Counted from the stretch's first letter, positions 24,370 to 36,904 are shown. The stretch: DNA of 64,000 nucleotides from Octopus sinensis (GCF_006345805.1 NC_043014.1:40734001-40798000); one strand, 5' to 3'. Made by a program: numbers and translations. Notes: a model not told the origin generated them from the sequence alone.

Positions 24370-25720
24370 GTTTACTACTTTATTCAATGTCTTCTACAAT
24401 AGTGCCATCCAATTTAGACGATTGGCACTTCATCTATAGCAAAATGATGCATCCTATGACTAAATCAATGCAACCATCTTTCTTACACACTACATCTGAT
24501 TCCTCTTCTCGTGGTCAATTTTTCTCTCAGCACATCTGTACCTTGTCATTCATGCACACTTGAATTGCACATAATTTGGAGACCCATGCCTTGCTATCAT
24601 GCAGCATCACAGTGATAAGATAAGTGTCATATAATCTACCCCTCATTAAGCTTAAAAAAAATTTGCTGACAGCAGAGGTAGTAGCATCCTCAACATTTGC
24701 CACCCAGTTTTTACCCTGGCTACTATATTTGAAGAGCAACCTCCCCCTTGCTAATTATGCACCTAGGTTAAAGAAACTATCAACTATTCTAGTAAGCCAT
24801 CTGGGTATTTAGGTACTCTAGTGCATCTGTTACATATGAAACTCACTTCATGTTAGTTTGCCTGTGATTCCACTATATATATTACATGTCTTTTCCTGCA
24901 TATCAAGCAAGGCCATTTTCCTGAAGACATCTGAATTCTGTTTTCTTTCTGACTTACTGAAACATTCCAAGTTTATCTTGAGCTATGGGATATATATCAT
25001 CACCAAAGTCCATCCCCTCCTCACCGTGGTGGGGACGCTGGCAACAGGTAGTGTCAGAGCTATGTCGTCGGGAACTTTGGTTCCTGGTAGGGCCACCCAT
25101 GGCAGATTGGTCTGACACTGAGTGGTATTAGAGCCACAACCCAGCAGACGGGGCTCTAGTGAAAATCCTTGGAGTGTCTATTTCAGCAACCGGTGGCTCC
25201 TCAGTCGTTCTGTCCCTGCGTCTGCGGACAATCTGTGGCAAACAGGATGTCTCTACATGCGGGATTGTTGGGGACCGCTTGTGAAATTCATATTCCCATG
25301 AAACTTCTTCCACTGCCATGGTTTGAGATGCCTCGAGGGTGGTAGAAGAATCTGACTCAACCCACCCAGGGTGAATGTCGCCACAAGTACAAGTAAGTAT
25401 CATCAGCATACAGGAGTTCCCATGGACAAGCAGTTGTAAGCTTCTGAGATGGCCTTCAATTCTATGACGAATCAGAGAGGAATGGGGGACTGAAGCTTTA
25501 TTAACTCCTACCAGGTAAATTAATCACTGAAATTATTGTTGAGTTTCACTTCATTTACTGCACCTTTGTAGAAAGCTTGTACAACCTTAACAAGCCATTC
25601 ATCATTGCCTAGTTTTCTCACTGACTACCAATCTACTGAATGTGGTACCCTGTCAAACACCTTCTCCAAAGCAACTCAGGAACAGTGTTTTACTCTTAGC
25701 CAAGTATGCAAGAGCAACAA
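24370..25720 (-). mobile_element. Degraded RTE LINE RT/C-terminus, split at YADD by a 395-bp insertion
   Basis: LEKVFDRVP, DEWLVKVVQ, LLYADD, a WPCLICRK...FICNRC Cys-rich stretch, RGRLYDT and VMLHDSKAW. Confidence 0.8.
25003..25397 (+). mobile_element. Short non-autonomous RTE-derived retroposon with 8-bp TSD
   Basis: TATCATCA at 24995-25002 / 25398-25405. Head resembles RTE 5' UTRs (CCGTGGTGGGG...GAGCTATGTCGTCGGG...CCTGGTAGGGCCACCCATGGCA). (AAGT)-type tail. Confidence 0.75.
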
Positions 25721-25799
25721 GTATTCAGTAACAAGGATTCAGTGAAAGTAAATAATGGTCTTTGAAAATTGCTTCCTGTCACTTGCCTTCTCAATATAT

Positions 25800-27160
25800 G
25801 AGAGTGCCAAACATTTGTCTCACAGGATATCATCCTCAAGATCATCAAGACTTATGCTATCAAAATGTTTGTGAAGATGATGAAAGGGAAGAATTCTATC
25901 AAAAGTTAGAGAAAGTGCTAACTCAAAAATCCACTTACATCATAGTGATGGGAGATTTCAATGCAAAGGAAAAGAACAGCAGGGATAGAAATATGTTGGG
26001 ATGGAAATATATTGGGATCAGGATTGAGAAATAAAAGAGGAGAACATTTTACTACCATGGTAGAATCTCGATTTTACAGCCTGTTCATGAATCAATATGA
26101 ACAGAGATGGACTTGGATTGCCCTAAACATGCTATGCAGAAATGAAATTGACTGCATCCTGATTGATAAGTGGCACACATTACAGGATGATTTGGTTATA
26201 GTACCATTCAACACTGCTTCCTATGGGCATAAATTGTGATCAACAAAATCAGAGAGAAGACTGCACATCTCAATGAAGAATCAACATGTCAAGACCTTTG
26301 TTGTGGTATAATAGCAGGATGCTATTGAGAAGGAAGTTGTGAGTCAGATTGAAGAGGGCGATCATCATCATCATCATTGTTTAATGTCCATTTTCCATGC
26401 TAGCATGGGTTGGACGGCTCGACCGGGGTCTGGGAAGCCAGGAAGCTGCACCAGGCTCCAGTCTGATCTGGCAGTGTTTCTACAGCTGGATGCCCTTCCT
26501 AACACCAACCACTCCACGAGTGTAGTGGGTGCTTTTTACGTGCCAGGCGAGGCTGACAACGGCCACGATCGGTTGGTGCTTTTTACATGTCACCAGCACA
26601 GTGATGAAGACTATAATTCACTGGTCCAGAAAATTAAAAACTACATGTAGAAGGTAAGAACTTGCAAGCCAGCAAGAGCCTGATGGAAGAATATCAGAGG
26701 AGACAAAGAAAATGTTAGAGAAAGGGAAAACTGAGAAACATGTAAGATCACTTTGTGAAATTCCATTTTCTGTAAAACAATCAGACAATATCTAGAAAAT
26801 GACTTTGAGAATTATAGATTGAAGAAGCTGATACAGGCTGAAGGGGAAAGGGTAAGTCCGAAAAGATGCAGAGGTGACTGTACTTAAGAACAAATGCAGG
26901 CTCATGTTGACAGAGGGGAGAGGGAAGAAGTAGGTAAAATCTTTGTACACCAAGCTTTTAAATCGCTTGTAAAGATTGATCCTTCACTGTTACAAATGTT
27001 GGAAGAAGCGTTACCTCTTATGGCTAGTGAAATTGAAAACATCCTAAAGATGATGAAGACAGATAAAACTCCAGGAAAAGGAGGCATAACAATAGTTAAA
27101 GTGTGGAGACGAGGAGCCATGGAAAATCCCTGTTCTATGCTTGAATCACTATCTTAAGGA
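25800..27160 (+). mobile_element. Degraded RTE LINE (APE and early RT)
   Basis: EEFYQKLE..IIVMGDFNAK, WTW..RNEIDCIL and MK.DKTPG motifs. Confidence 0.75.
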
Positions 27161-27474
27161 GAGTGAAATACTTTTACTGTGGAAAGAGTTGAATACTATC
27201 TTTACAGCTGTTCAGAGGCTTGTTGATGCAATAAATTGTTTTTCACAAACAGGTGTACATACTGGTACACTAATGCATGTCAGAAAGGTAGAAATTATTT
27301 TAAATATGTAAGTATATGCTCACATGTTCAAGTTGGGAGTGGTGTCTATATTTATGTACATATTTGTATACATATATAAATATAAATGTATGTGTGATTA
27401 TGTCTAGGTTATTTGAAGTGATGTACAGATTTTGAATATTAAGGGAAAGAAGGTAATCAGAATTTGGTTATTTA

Positions 27475-27780
27475 TTTAGTGCTTTCATTCCTTTTAGGGA
27501 TATATTATGGATGATTTTTTTTATTTGAAAATCCATACTCTTACACATGTGTGAGTTAGTTGAAAAAAAAAGTCTGGAGTTGAATTTCTTTTCTTGGGTT
27601 TCGAGAGTGGTTATTTGGTTATATTTAACAACCACTTCTAGAACACCCTCTTTCCAAAATCTCAGAAAATAATTTAACTTCAGATTTTTTTTTCAACTAA
27701 TTTACATATGTGTAAAAGGCATGAATTTTCAAATAAGAAATCATTCATGATGAAACCCTAAAAGGAATGAAAGCACTAAA
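27475..27780. mobile_element. Foldback MITE with ~130-bp imperfect TIRs
   Basis: TTTAGTGCTTTCATTCCTTTTAGGG... pairs with ...CCCTAAAAGGAATGAAAGCACTAAA. Confidence 0.7.
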
Positions 27781-28725
27781 AAAAAGTTTTTATCTAAATC
27801 CAGGCTCCAAAATGTCCCAATATTTGTGCCCCCTCTCCTCAGGATAACCAACTGACTCTCCATCATGTAACTCAAATCCACTACTACATATACACCTCCT
27901 TCTCTTCATAGTTATGGTGGTGCACTTTGCAATACTAAGCTCCATCCCAATGTCTTTACAGCACTAGTGAACAGTTCTGACCAGTGAATCAATCTGATTC
28001 ATTCTTGCCAAAGAGTTTGCATGTTATTTACCATAGAACAGGTTATTGTCAACTGACATGCTATTTAATTCATTTTTGGCAGAAAATTAGATTGTTGTGG
28101 TCATTTAAATATTTTTTTTGTTTGATTGCTAACTTGAGAAAAATGAAAACCATGAAAAGAATTATCCTTTTGTTGCAACATGTATTTTTCTTATGTGACG
28201 GAGTAAAAGCAACAACACACAATTTGTAGTAATTTTCCAATTTTTTTTCTGTGTCATCCCAATGTCTACAAATGTAGACCCTCTGAGAAATCAGGTACCC
28301 TTTAATTCAATTAAGTTTAAATTTCACTAATATTTAAGTTTGATAAAAACAGACTTGAGCTCTAATTTCGTAAATTTTGATAGATTTCTTCTGCTCTTGG
28401 AATAATAAGGGTTAATGATAGTAATGATAATATCATTAATAATAATAATGATAATAATGCCTTTCACAACAATCTAGATGAGAGAAACAGTGCATTATAC
28501 TTAACCTAAGAGAAGAAGAAAAGCAACTGTAGGATGCCCGCTAATTGTCCATTTGGGGCCACTGTCTATGTTACAATATTGTATACAAGTGTATAGTTGC
28601 TACACACACACTGTAATTCCACTAGAATATACGAAGGATTCTTGATCAACTTTAAGTGCTGGTATCTCATACATATTAACTCTAACTAGAACACTAAGTG
28701 AAAATCTGCTTCACTGGGTACTTAC

Positions 28726-28783
28726 ATCCATCCTCTCAAAGCCAAATTTAAATCCTGTGATATCTCTTGGTCTATCATTAACA
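28726..28783 (-). CDS. Candidate 58-nt internal exon of an unidentified host gene
   Basis: Acceptor GTCTGTTTGTATTTCAG, donor GAT|GTAAGT. Two open frames: VNDRPRDITGFKFGFERMD or LMIDQEISQDLNLALRGW. Confidence 0.38.
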
Positions 28784-29274
28784 CTGAAATACAAACAGAC
28801 TGATTGCTTTTATACCTGATGAGTCTTTATTTACCAATGTTGTTGAAATAATACTGATGTGATGTAATATGTAAAATATATGATATTTTGGCAAGTATCC
28901 ATTGGTAAAGTAGAAATGAAATGATTGTAGTGTTATGCAATGAAATGTGTTTGTTAAATCCAAACTCTCTTTTATATATACTCTATGGATATTCATGAAT
29001 TTCTGGATGTATGTTCAGCAATATGATCAGTTTTTGTTGTAAAACTGAATAGAGTAGCCAGTGCCCATAGATAGGTTTTGCAATGCAAACAAAGTTCATA
29101 CCCAAATTGAATGTATGTATGTATGTATGAATGTATGAATGTTTGTATGTATATACATACATACAATCAATTTGGGTATGAACCTTGTTTGCATTAGAAA
29201 GCCTATCTATGTATGAATGTATGTATGTATATACATATATATTAAAATACATACATATATATCTATATATATAG

Positions 29275-31490
29275 TACACAAAATTACTACATCCAAAAGA
29301 CCTAAAACTTAGACCTATTATAGCTGGTCCATCATGCCCTACCCACTGTTTAAGCAATTTTATTGACATTGTTTTGAAACCACTATGTACTAACATACCC
29401 AGTTTCATCAGGGATGACATCGACTTCCTGTCCCATCTTCCCAAACAACAGAAACAAATTCAGTTTTACTAAGTTTTGATGTGGTAAGCCTCTACACCAA
29501 TATTCCACACGATTTAGGAATAAAGACGATTAAATACTGGTTAGGAAAACATAGAGAAGTGATTCCCAGCAGATTCACAGTGCCATTTATATTAGACACA
29601 GTCAAACTTATTCTAGAAAACAACACATTCTTCTTCAATGGAAAGAATTACATCCAAATTAGAGGCATGGCGATGGGAACGAGGTTTGCTCCCGTTTACG
29701 CCAACTCTGTAATGGGATACTTAGAACAACAACTCTACCAAGAGGTGGAGGTAAACTATGGCACTGGATTTAGAAAGTATATTGAAAAGGCATGGAAGAG
29801 ATATCTTAACGACTGCTTCATAATCTGGACAGAATCTCTAAATACTCTGGAAGAGTTCAATATCCTCCTGAACAACCTACACCCATCTCTCCAATTTACG
29901 AAGGAGATGAGTAGTACCAAATTACCATTCCTAGATATAATGGTAATTAAAAAGGACACCACCATCACCACAGATATATACTATAAACACACAGACACAC
30001 ATCAATACCTGAATTTTAAGTCGTGCCATCCACCACATACAAAACACAACATCCCATACTGTCTAGCCAGAAGAATTTGTACCATTGTAGAAGATACAAA
30101 TATCAGGAACAAACGCCTAACAGAACTAAGAGAATTTTTGCTCAAACAAAAATACCCATCTCTACTTATAGAAAATGGCATACAGTGGGCTATAAAAATA
30201 CCCATACAACAACTTAGGACAACCCAAGGAAGAGGAAAACAAGAACAAGTCATACCATTCATAGTGACACACAACCCATGTCACCAGAATATCTTCAACA
30301 TTGCCAAAGCAAACCTACTAATCATTGCTCAAAGTAATGAATTAAAAGATATAATCATGGATCGAGCTATGGTTCTTAGTAGAAGACAGCCTAAAAACTT
30401 GAAAAAATTACTAACAAAGGCAAAATTTGACCTTAGCAACAAAGACCAAACATTCACTGTATCTAAATGTGGCACATGCCAATTCATACATACCGGCTGA
30501 TATATAAACACAAAAACCGGGAAAATATTCACAAATGCGAATATGAACTGCAAAAGTAGAAATTTAATTTACTGCATCAAATGCCCAAATTGTGAAGAAA
30601 TATATGTAGGTCAGATGGGAAATGCACTATCAGAACGCTCACGTGTACACTGACAACAGATTAGAGACCTAGAGATCCGTCAGATACCTTTGAGTAACCA
30701 CCTAGCAACATGTGGTTGGAAAATATATATAATATTTCTATTCTACAAATTACACAGCCCAAGTGAAATCGAGAGGAAAATCAGAGAAAAGAATTTTATT
30801 GATAAATTCGAACCCAAGCTAAATAAGCAATAAGAATAATACTTAGAGGTACTACTTCTACTGCTACGACCATGACCACTAACAACAACAACAATACTAA
30901 AGGTGATCAAGATGAAGATAGCAGGAAAATTATCTTATTTAGGGTTAAAAGTTCTATTGCCACCGCCATCACCACTAGCAACAATAATTAAGGTGCTGAC
31001 AATGATGATGATGACAATTGAAATATAAAAATCCCTGACAAAGGCTATTTACAACATTTCTAAAAATAGCCCAACAATTGCTACCTCAACCAGGGTTAAG
31101 ATACAGGACTCTTGACATGTTCAACAAAGCGTGATGCCTAAATCAATCAGCTTAAGTAATTGAGTGATGCTACACACTGATTGGTCAGAATACAGTTTGC
31201 AAAACCTAGCAATCTGGAGCCTACACAGGTGTATTTAAGGCACAGATTTAACCATCTTGCTACAGTAAAAAATTGTGAAGCATGACTGTCACCACTACTA
31301 CATGAACCTGAAGATTGCATAATTTAATGCATGAAAGTACTAGTTCAATCAGAATGAACATTTAACATTCTATTATTTTATTTTATTTTATTTTATTATA
31401 TTATATTATCTTATATTATATCATTATAAGATTGTAAATAAAACGTGAAAATCAGACAAGGTTGGAATTCCTTTTATTAATATATTCTTC
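29275..31490 (+). mobile_element. 5'-truncated Penelope-like element (RT + Cys-rich linker + GIY-YIG, 3' pseudo-LTR)
   Basis: LRPIIAGP, FDVVSLYTNIP, GMAMGTRFAPVYAN, RYLNDCF and LPFLDIMV. After in-frame TGAs it continues NLIYCIKCPNCEEIYVGQ...ER..H...KFEPKLN* to 30833. Starts after (TA)n. Frameshift near 29450. Confidence 0.95.
31303..31347 (+). ncRNA. Minimal type I hammerhead ribozyme in the PLE 3' region
   Basis: TGAAC-CTGAAGA-TTGCAT(AATTTA)ATGCAT-GAAA-GTAC-TA-GTTCA. Helix I TGAAC/GTTCA, loop-less palindromic helix III AGTACT, CUA cleavage triplet. Confidence 0.8.
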
Positions 31491-31567
31491 TATACACAAT
31501 CACACACACCCATATATATATCTATATATATACATATATATAAAAATACATACATAGATATATATAT

Positions 31568-31900
31568 TGTTTCTCTCCTTGTTTATTTCTGTGTATCTTT
31601 CTGTCGAAAGCGTAGGCTCGAAACGTAAAAGACTTTTTCTATTCCTGAGCGCTATACTAATACATTTGTTTGTTTGTACTCCACCTGCCTTCGTCTTTTG
31701 TTTATTTTCGTAAACTTGAGGATGTGGAACATGTATAGAATTATAGGACGCTCAGGAAAGGAAAGACAGAAGGAGGATTTAATGTTTTGAGCAGAGCTCT
31801 TTGTCAGAAATATAGAAAAAAGGAAAAGTCCAAGGAAGGGAGAAAGAAAATCACCAATGATACACATGTGGTCACATATTGAAATATATATGTATATATA
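31568..31900. mobile_element. Two related PLE pseudo-LTR fragments joined tail-to-tail, second with a decayed hammerhead (31777-31811, -)
   Basis: Both have TTCCTGAGCG..TATA downstream of a hammerhead-like core. The minus copy reads CTGACAAAGAGCTCTGCTCAAAACATTAAAT. Confidence 0.6.
31596..31632 (+). ncRNA. Variant hammerhead motif in a PLE pseudo-LTR fragment
   Basis: TCTTT-CTGTCGAA-AGC(GTAG)GCTC-GAAA-CG-TA-AAAGA. The core deviates from CUGANGA. Confidence 0.55.
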
Positions 31901-31959
31901 TGTATATACACACACACATACATATGTATATACATATACACACACACACACACACATGA

Positions 31960-32560
31960 ACAACATCAAACATACATATGCAAGGTATGTGTTTTGTTAG
32001 TCCATGGGTAGGCTGCGCTTATAAGCATAAGAGAATATATTCTCTTTATGTGCCTGATGTTAAAACATCCGGAAGTTATAGACAAGTGAGATAACTCACA
32101 CCAGGTCCCATACATGAGTGATAGGCATCAACATTTCATAATGTTTGTGACTTGTCAATACTGCATACCCGAAACAAGGCCCGATGCAAGCTAAATCGCT
32201 GTCTATGACTATATGCAAAATAGTGTAAGAATCATCTGTTGGTAAGTTCCAATGTTCCGTACCCTGGAAAAAATTCAAATATGAGCTAAAAGCAGCTTGT
32301 GGGATAAAAACAATATCAAACACACATACATAAGGTATGTGTTTTGCTAGTTCATGGATAGGCTGTTGTTACTGGAATAAGAGAAGATATTGTCTTCATG
32401 CACCTAATATTAAAACATCTGGAAGTGATGTGAGTTATCTCGTTTGTCTATGACATCCAGATGAAGAGAATATATTTTCTTATGCCTATAAGAACAGCCT
32501 ACCCAAGAACTAGCAAAACACATACTATATGTATGTGTGTTCAGTTTTGTTTATATCCCT
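31960..32560. repeat. Repeat unit present twice in direct (~345-bp spacing) and once in inverted orientation
   Basis: GGTATGTGTTTTG(T/C)TAGT..ATGG.TAGGCTG...AAGAGAA at ~31983 and ~32335. Its reverse complement lies at ~32420-32530. Confidence 0.7.
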
Positions 32561-32814
32561 TGCACTGTTTTTAAGTAATATTTAAATATATATATATCAT
32601 CATCATCATCATCATCGTTTAGCGTCTGTTTTCCATGCTAGCATGGGTTGGACAGGTCAACTGGGGTCTGTGAAGCTGGAAGGCTTCATCAGGCCCAGTC
32701 AGATCTGGCAGTGTTTCTACGGCTGGATGCCCTTCCTAACGCCAACCACTCCGCGAGTGTAGTGGGTGTTTTTTACGTGCCACCTGCACAGGTGCCAGAC
32801 AGAGCTGGCGAACG

Positions 32815-32847
<33 letters not shown>

Positions 32848-32849
<2 letters not shown>

Positions 32850-33200
32850 CAAAGTAAAGTTGTAAGATACCGCAATTCTAAAAGATGTTTATTCATTTGA
32901 CCGGTTTCACTTTTTTAGAAAAAGATTGTCAAAAGTAAAATGTAAAAGCTTTGTATGAGCATTGTTGTGTTAAGTACTGGTTGCCAGAAAAGTATTAAAA
33001 TACATATATACATTCTTTGATAATAATAAGAAAATGTTAAAAACAGTTTATATATTTTAATAATTTTGTGGCAACCAGTACTTAACACAACAAAGCTCAT
33101 ACAAAGCTTTACATTTTACTTTTGACAATCTTTTTCTAAAAAAGTGAAACCGATCAAGTGAATAAACATCTTTAAAATTGCATTTTCAAACCTTCTTTCA
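32848..33200. mobile_element. Head-to-head inverted PLE-type cassette, ~130-bp arms
   Basis: 32872-33002 is the reverse complement of ~33052-33181. GAAACCG(G/A)TC relic in both arms. (TA)n on both sides. Confidence 0.75.
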
Positions 33201-34149
33201 TATATATATATATATATATATATAACTGGCTCGCCGGCTTGACTGGCTTCTGTGCCGGTGGCACGTAAAAAGCACCCACTACACTCATGGAGTTGTTGGT
33301 GTTAGGGCATCCAGCTGCAGAAACACTGCCAGATAAGACTGGAGCCTGGTGCAGCTTCCTGGCTTCCCAGAGCCTAGTCGAACCGTCCAATCCGTGCTAG
33401 CATGGAAAACGGACATTAAACGATGATGATATATATATATATATATATATAATGTGTTGGTGTACCCTCGGGCAACATGGTTAGAGTATAGTAAGATAAC
33501 ATAGTAATACCACTGGTAGGAGGGGTTAGAAGAGACATGAATTGAAGGGAAAAGAAAAGAAAAAAGGAGACAATAAAAGGCAGTAAAGTACAAGAAGATA
33601 TAGGGAAGTTTAATTTTCTATATTAGGCTTTTGGATATAAAAGTTGATAGAAAGACAGATAGATAGATAGAGAGATTGACAGATCGAATGGTAGATCGAC
33701 AGTTAGATAGATAGAAAGATAGATTGCTTACATATGACATGTAGCCTAAAGTGGGCCTTGGTGCTGGGTGTTGCAGTTTATTTTGTTGTGAGTGCTTTCG
33801 AATCAAAGATTCTTCATCTGACTTTTTGATTTCCTTAATTCTTTAAATGCAGGCAAGTGTCAATTAATTCCCATGGAAACAATAAATGTTTCTATCTATC
33901 TATCAATCTCTCTCTATCTATCCATCAGTTGTGTATTGCATTCTGGAGCAAAACACATTATTTCACATTGTTCTAGTCCATTCAGCTGTCATTGGGCAAG
34001 CATAGGATGGACTGACATTCCTTGGAGGGGGTATACATATGCATACGTGTATTTGTGTGTATATTTTCGTTTTGCATTTATATGTCTGTATATGTATGTG
34101 GTCTGTGTACATCTATCTGTGTATTTTGATGTATATATGTATATTGATG

Positions 34150-34590
34150 GTTTAGTATGAGTATATACTATTGTGAAATATTTTAATATATTTTAATTTC
34201 AATTTTTAGGTATTAATTGAATTATATTTTCTATATTATTAATGACAATATGTATTTTGAATCCGCTCTTCGATTTAAGGTTTTACCTCGATTTTTATAA
34301 TTTATATTGAATTCATTTATTTTGTTTATTTTGTTTATCGCTTGCCTAAGACTGTTATTTGAAAGGACCAATGAAACAAATCCATTTTTAAAGGTGTATC
34401 CTTTAGCTAGTTTTGATCAAATTGTTATTTTGGTTCGATTTTAACAAAACTGTCTGATGAACAGGAACGTGAAACTCTGAGTAGCAGCTTTTGTTATATT
34501 TCTGCTGCTTTTAAATAAAGCATATTACTCTACTTCTGGTATTTGAGTACTCTTTTTTCCACCTTGTTTCACATTTATGTGCTTACTCGG
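34150..34590 (+). mobile_element. PLE pseudo-LTR / 3' end inserted at (TA)n
   Basis: Contains the hammerhead at 34443-34495. Its last ~140 bp are homologous to the minus arm of 46510-46657. Confidence 0.8.
34443..34495 (+). ncRNA. Minimal type I hammerhead ribozyme
   Basis: AACAAAACTGT-CTGATGA-ACAGGAACGT-GAAA-CTC(T)GAG-TA-GCAG(C)TTTTGTT. Extended helix I, GUA triplet. Confidence 0.8.
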
Positions 34591-34602
34591 TATATATATA
34601 TA

Positions 34603-34710
<108 letters not shown>

Positions 34711-35199
34711 ATATAATATATATATATATATATAATATATATATATATATCATCATCATCATCATTTAGCGTTCGCTTTCCATGCTAGCATGGGTTGGAC
34801 GGGTCAACTGGGGTCTGTGAAGCTGGAAGGCTTCGTCAGGCCCATATATATATATATAACATATATATACCTCAACATCATCATTTAATGTTTGGTTTTC
34901 ATATATGTTGTAAGAAGCTTGCTTCCCCACCACATGGTTCTGGGTTCAGTCCCACTGCATGACAGAGCAAGTGTCTTCTGCTATAGCCTCAGGCTGACCA
35001 AAGCCTTGTGAGTGGATTTGGCAGAGGGAAACTGAAAGAAGCTTGTCATATATATATATATATATATATTTGTGTATATTATGTGTATATATACACACAT
35101 ACATAAATACACACATATCGATACGTGATCAAGATCCAGCTTCTATCATACCTCACATCTCCTGGCCCACATCCATCTTAGGCATCCTCTGCTATCTCC

Positions 35200-36460
35200 A
35201 TACCCAACTGGACGGGACAACCTTCTGCTTTGTGGCACCTATGACACCTAGCATATTATAGGCTCTTCAGCAAGACTGGTCAACAGAACAAGGTGAATAG
35301 GCTCAGGACATCCTAAAACTGCCTGAATCATGAATTTTATGCAGTGAGACTCCACCCACCAAATCTCAGACCATGAGACATTGCATGCCACAGCTTGTAC
35401 TCATTTTAATGAGGTACCCTGAGCTGTATTCCTATACTCTTTCTAGCTTGTTTCTTCTTAACTGATGTTCACACCTCATGCCAAATCAGTAGTCTCCTAT
35501 CTGTTTCTTTCACTGTTTTATAGTGAAGTGTTGAGAAAAGGGGTATCCCAAAGGTATCAGGGTGTCTGTGACACATATGTGGTTAGGAAGACCAAAATAG
35601 CAAAGCAGACTTGGCAGTATTGGGGCCAGTTCTTACAAATGCCTTTGGGTCTATACTCCATAAGCTGGTTGGAGAGATTTTGATCAGGCACCACATCTCA
35701 GGCAGGTACAGAGACCTTGTTTTGGACTTCTATAACAGCTTCAGTCTGAGAATCTCTGCTGCTTCTACAACATCAGAGTGATACAAGCTTGAGAAAGGCT
35801 TTGCTGAAGTGAGGTAACACCCACCAGCACTAACGTTTGTGCTGCAACTCTGAGGGCTTGACAGCCTTTGCTGCTCCCCATACCTGTCCTGTTCTGAACT
35901 CAATACTTGTCTGAGAGACTTGTGGGCTGCAGAAATTTTGGTATTGCAATACCTCTCCAATACAGGTCACCAGTGGTTCTTCTTACAGGCTACTAATGGA
36001 GTACTTGAACTTATTAGTTTTGTCCACACATAGTAATGCTGCTCAGTGAGGTCGGTCCTGTCATTTCTACAAGAACCTGCTGACTCTCCTCTCAAGGCCA
36101 TCTACTGTGGAAAGTATAGCGTCCTTAAACGCTAAAGCTCCTATCTGAGTTGATGGATTTTACTGGCTCTGTCAGTTATATAGTTCAAAGATTTCCATGT
36201 TATCTTCTCTCCCAATCCAAACCTCTCAGCCACTACACAGATAATAATGATGGTCATTGTCCAGAAACCATTGGCATCATCCTTAGCTGTTACCATTCCC
36301 CATCCTTGTTAGCTTGAAACCACTTTATTCAGCCATGTTCTGTTAATTTGTATAGATCTTGGGCTAGCAACACTTGGAGGTTCTGGAACTTTGAGTAGAC
36401 TCTAGGCCAGACCCTTCATGCGTCATCTCTCCAGGGCACTTGCATCATTTCTGTGCATTT
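35200..36460 (-). mobile_element. Degraded HERO-like (RLE) non-LTR retrotransposon
   Basis: LSTVDGLERRVSRFL..., ISSL.EE..., EVLQY...QVSQ.SIEFRTG..W and VEAAEILRLK, resembling HERO-clade RT C-termini (recognised from memory). Confidence 0.65.
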
Positions 36461-36669
36461 CATCTTAGCCTAGTAGATCTTCATGCTATACAGGCTCTTG
36501 CAAACCTTCTCACAGACAAATTTTAAATCCGTTGTTGATTTTCTACTACCATCATTTGATACCACTTTGTCTGTCTGACTGGGATTCTCTTCTCCCCAAC
36601 TCTTGAATATATATATCCAAGGCTTTGGTGAGTCATGACCATGGGGATATATATATATATATAAATATA

Positions 36670-36898
36670 TATTAGATAACAAATACACTTGGTAGCTTAC
36701 CAGTAAGGCACATTCACTTTCACAGTATTCGTTGGGTATTTGATTAATGAGAGAGAGAAGAGATGGATGATACAAGAATGTTTATTAATCACTACAATTG
36801 TTTCAGCCCATCTATGGATTGATACTAGATGAGTAGAAACAATTGTGGTGATTAATAAACATTCTTGTATCTTCCATCATCTGTCTCTCTCTCTCATT
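36670..36898. mobile_element. Head-to-head inverted PLE-type cassette with hammerhead 3'-half relics
   Basis: Arms 36747-36814 / 36826-36898. GAAACAATTGT(A/G)GTG in both. The minus arm continues to (TA)n at ~36665. Confidence 0.7.
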
Positions 36899-36904
36899 AT
36901 TCAA

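Noticed and set aside
30498-30653. Two in-frame TGA codons in the PLE ORF as possible selenocysteine recoding, as reported for some PLE clades
   Set aside because: Neither is at a Cys position. The second is H-[TGA]-QQ where Arg is expected (CGA to TGA decay). The copy also has a frameshift and a linker deletion, and I saw no SECIS.
33726-33835. Minus-strand open segment IKEIKKSDEESLIRKH... ending at TAT|GTAAGC
   Set aside because: Weak acceptor, and its phase is incompatible with the 28783 candidate. It cannot be supported without RNA data.
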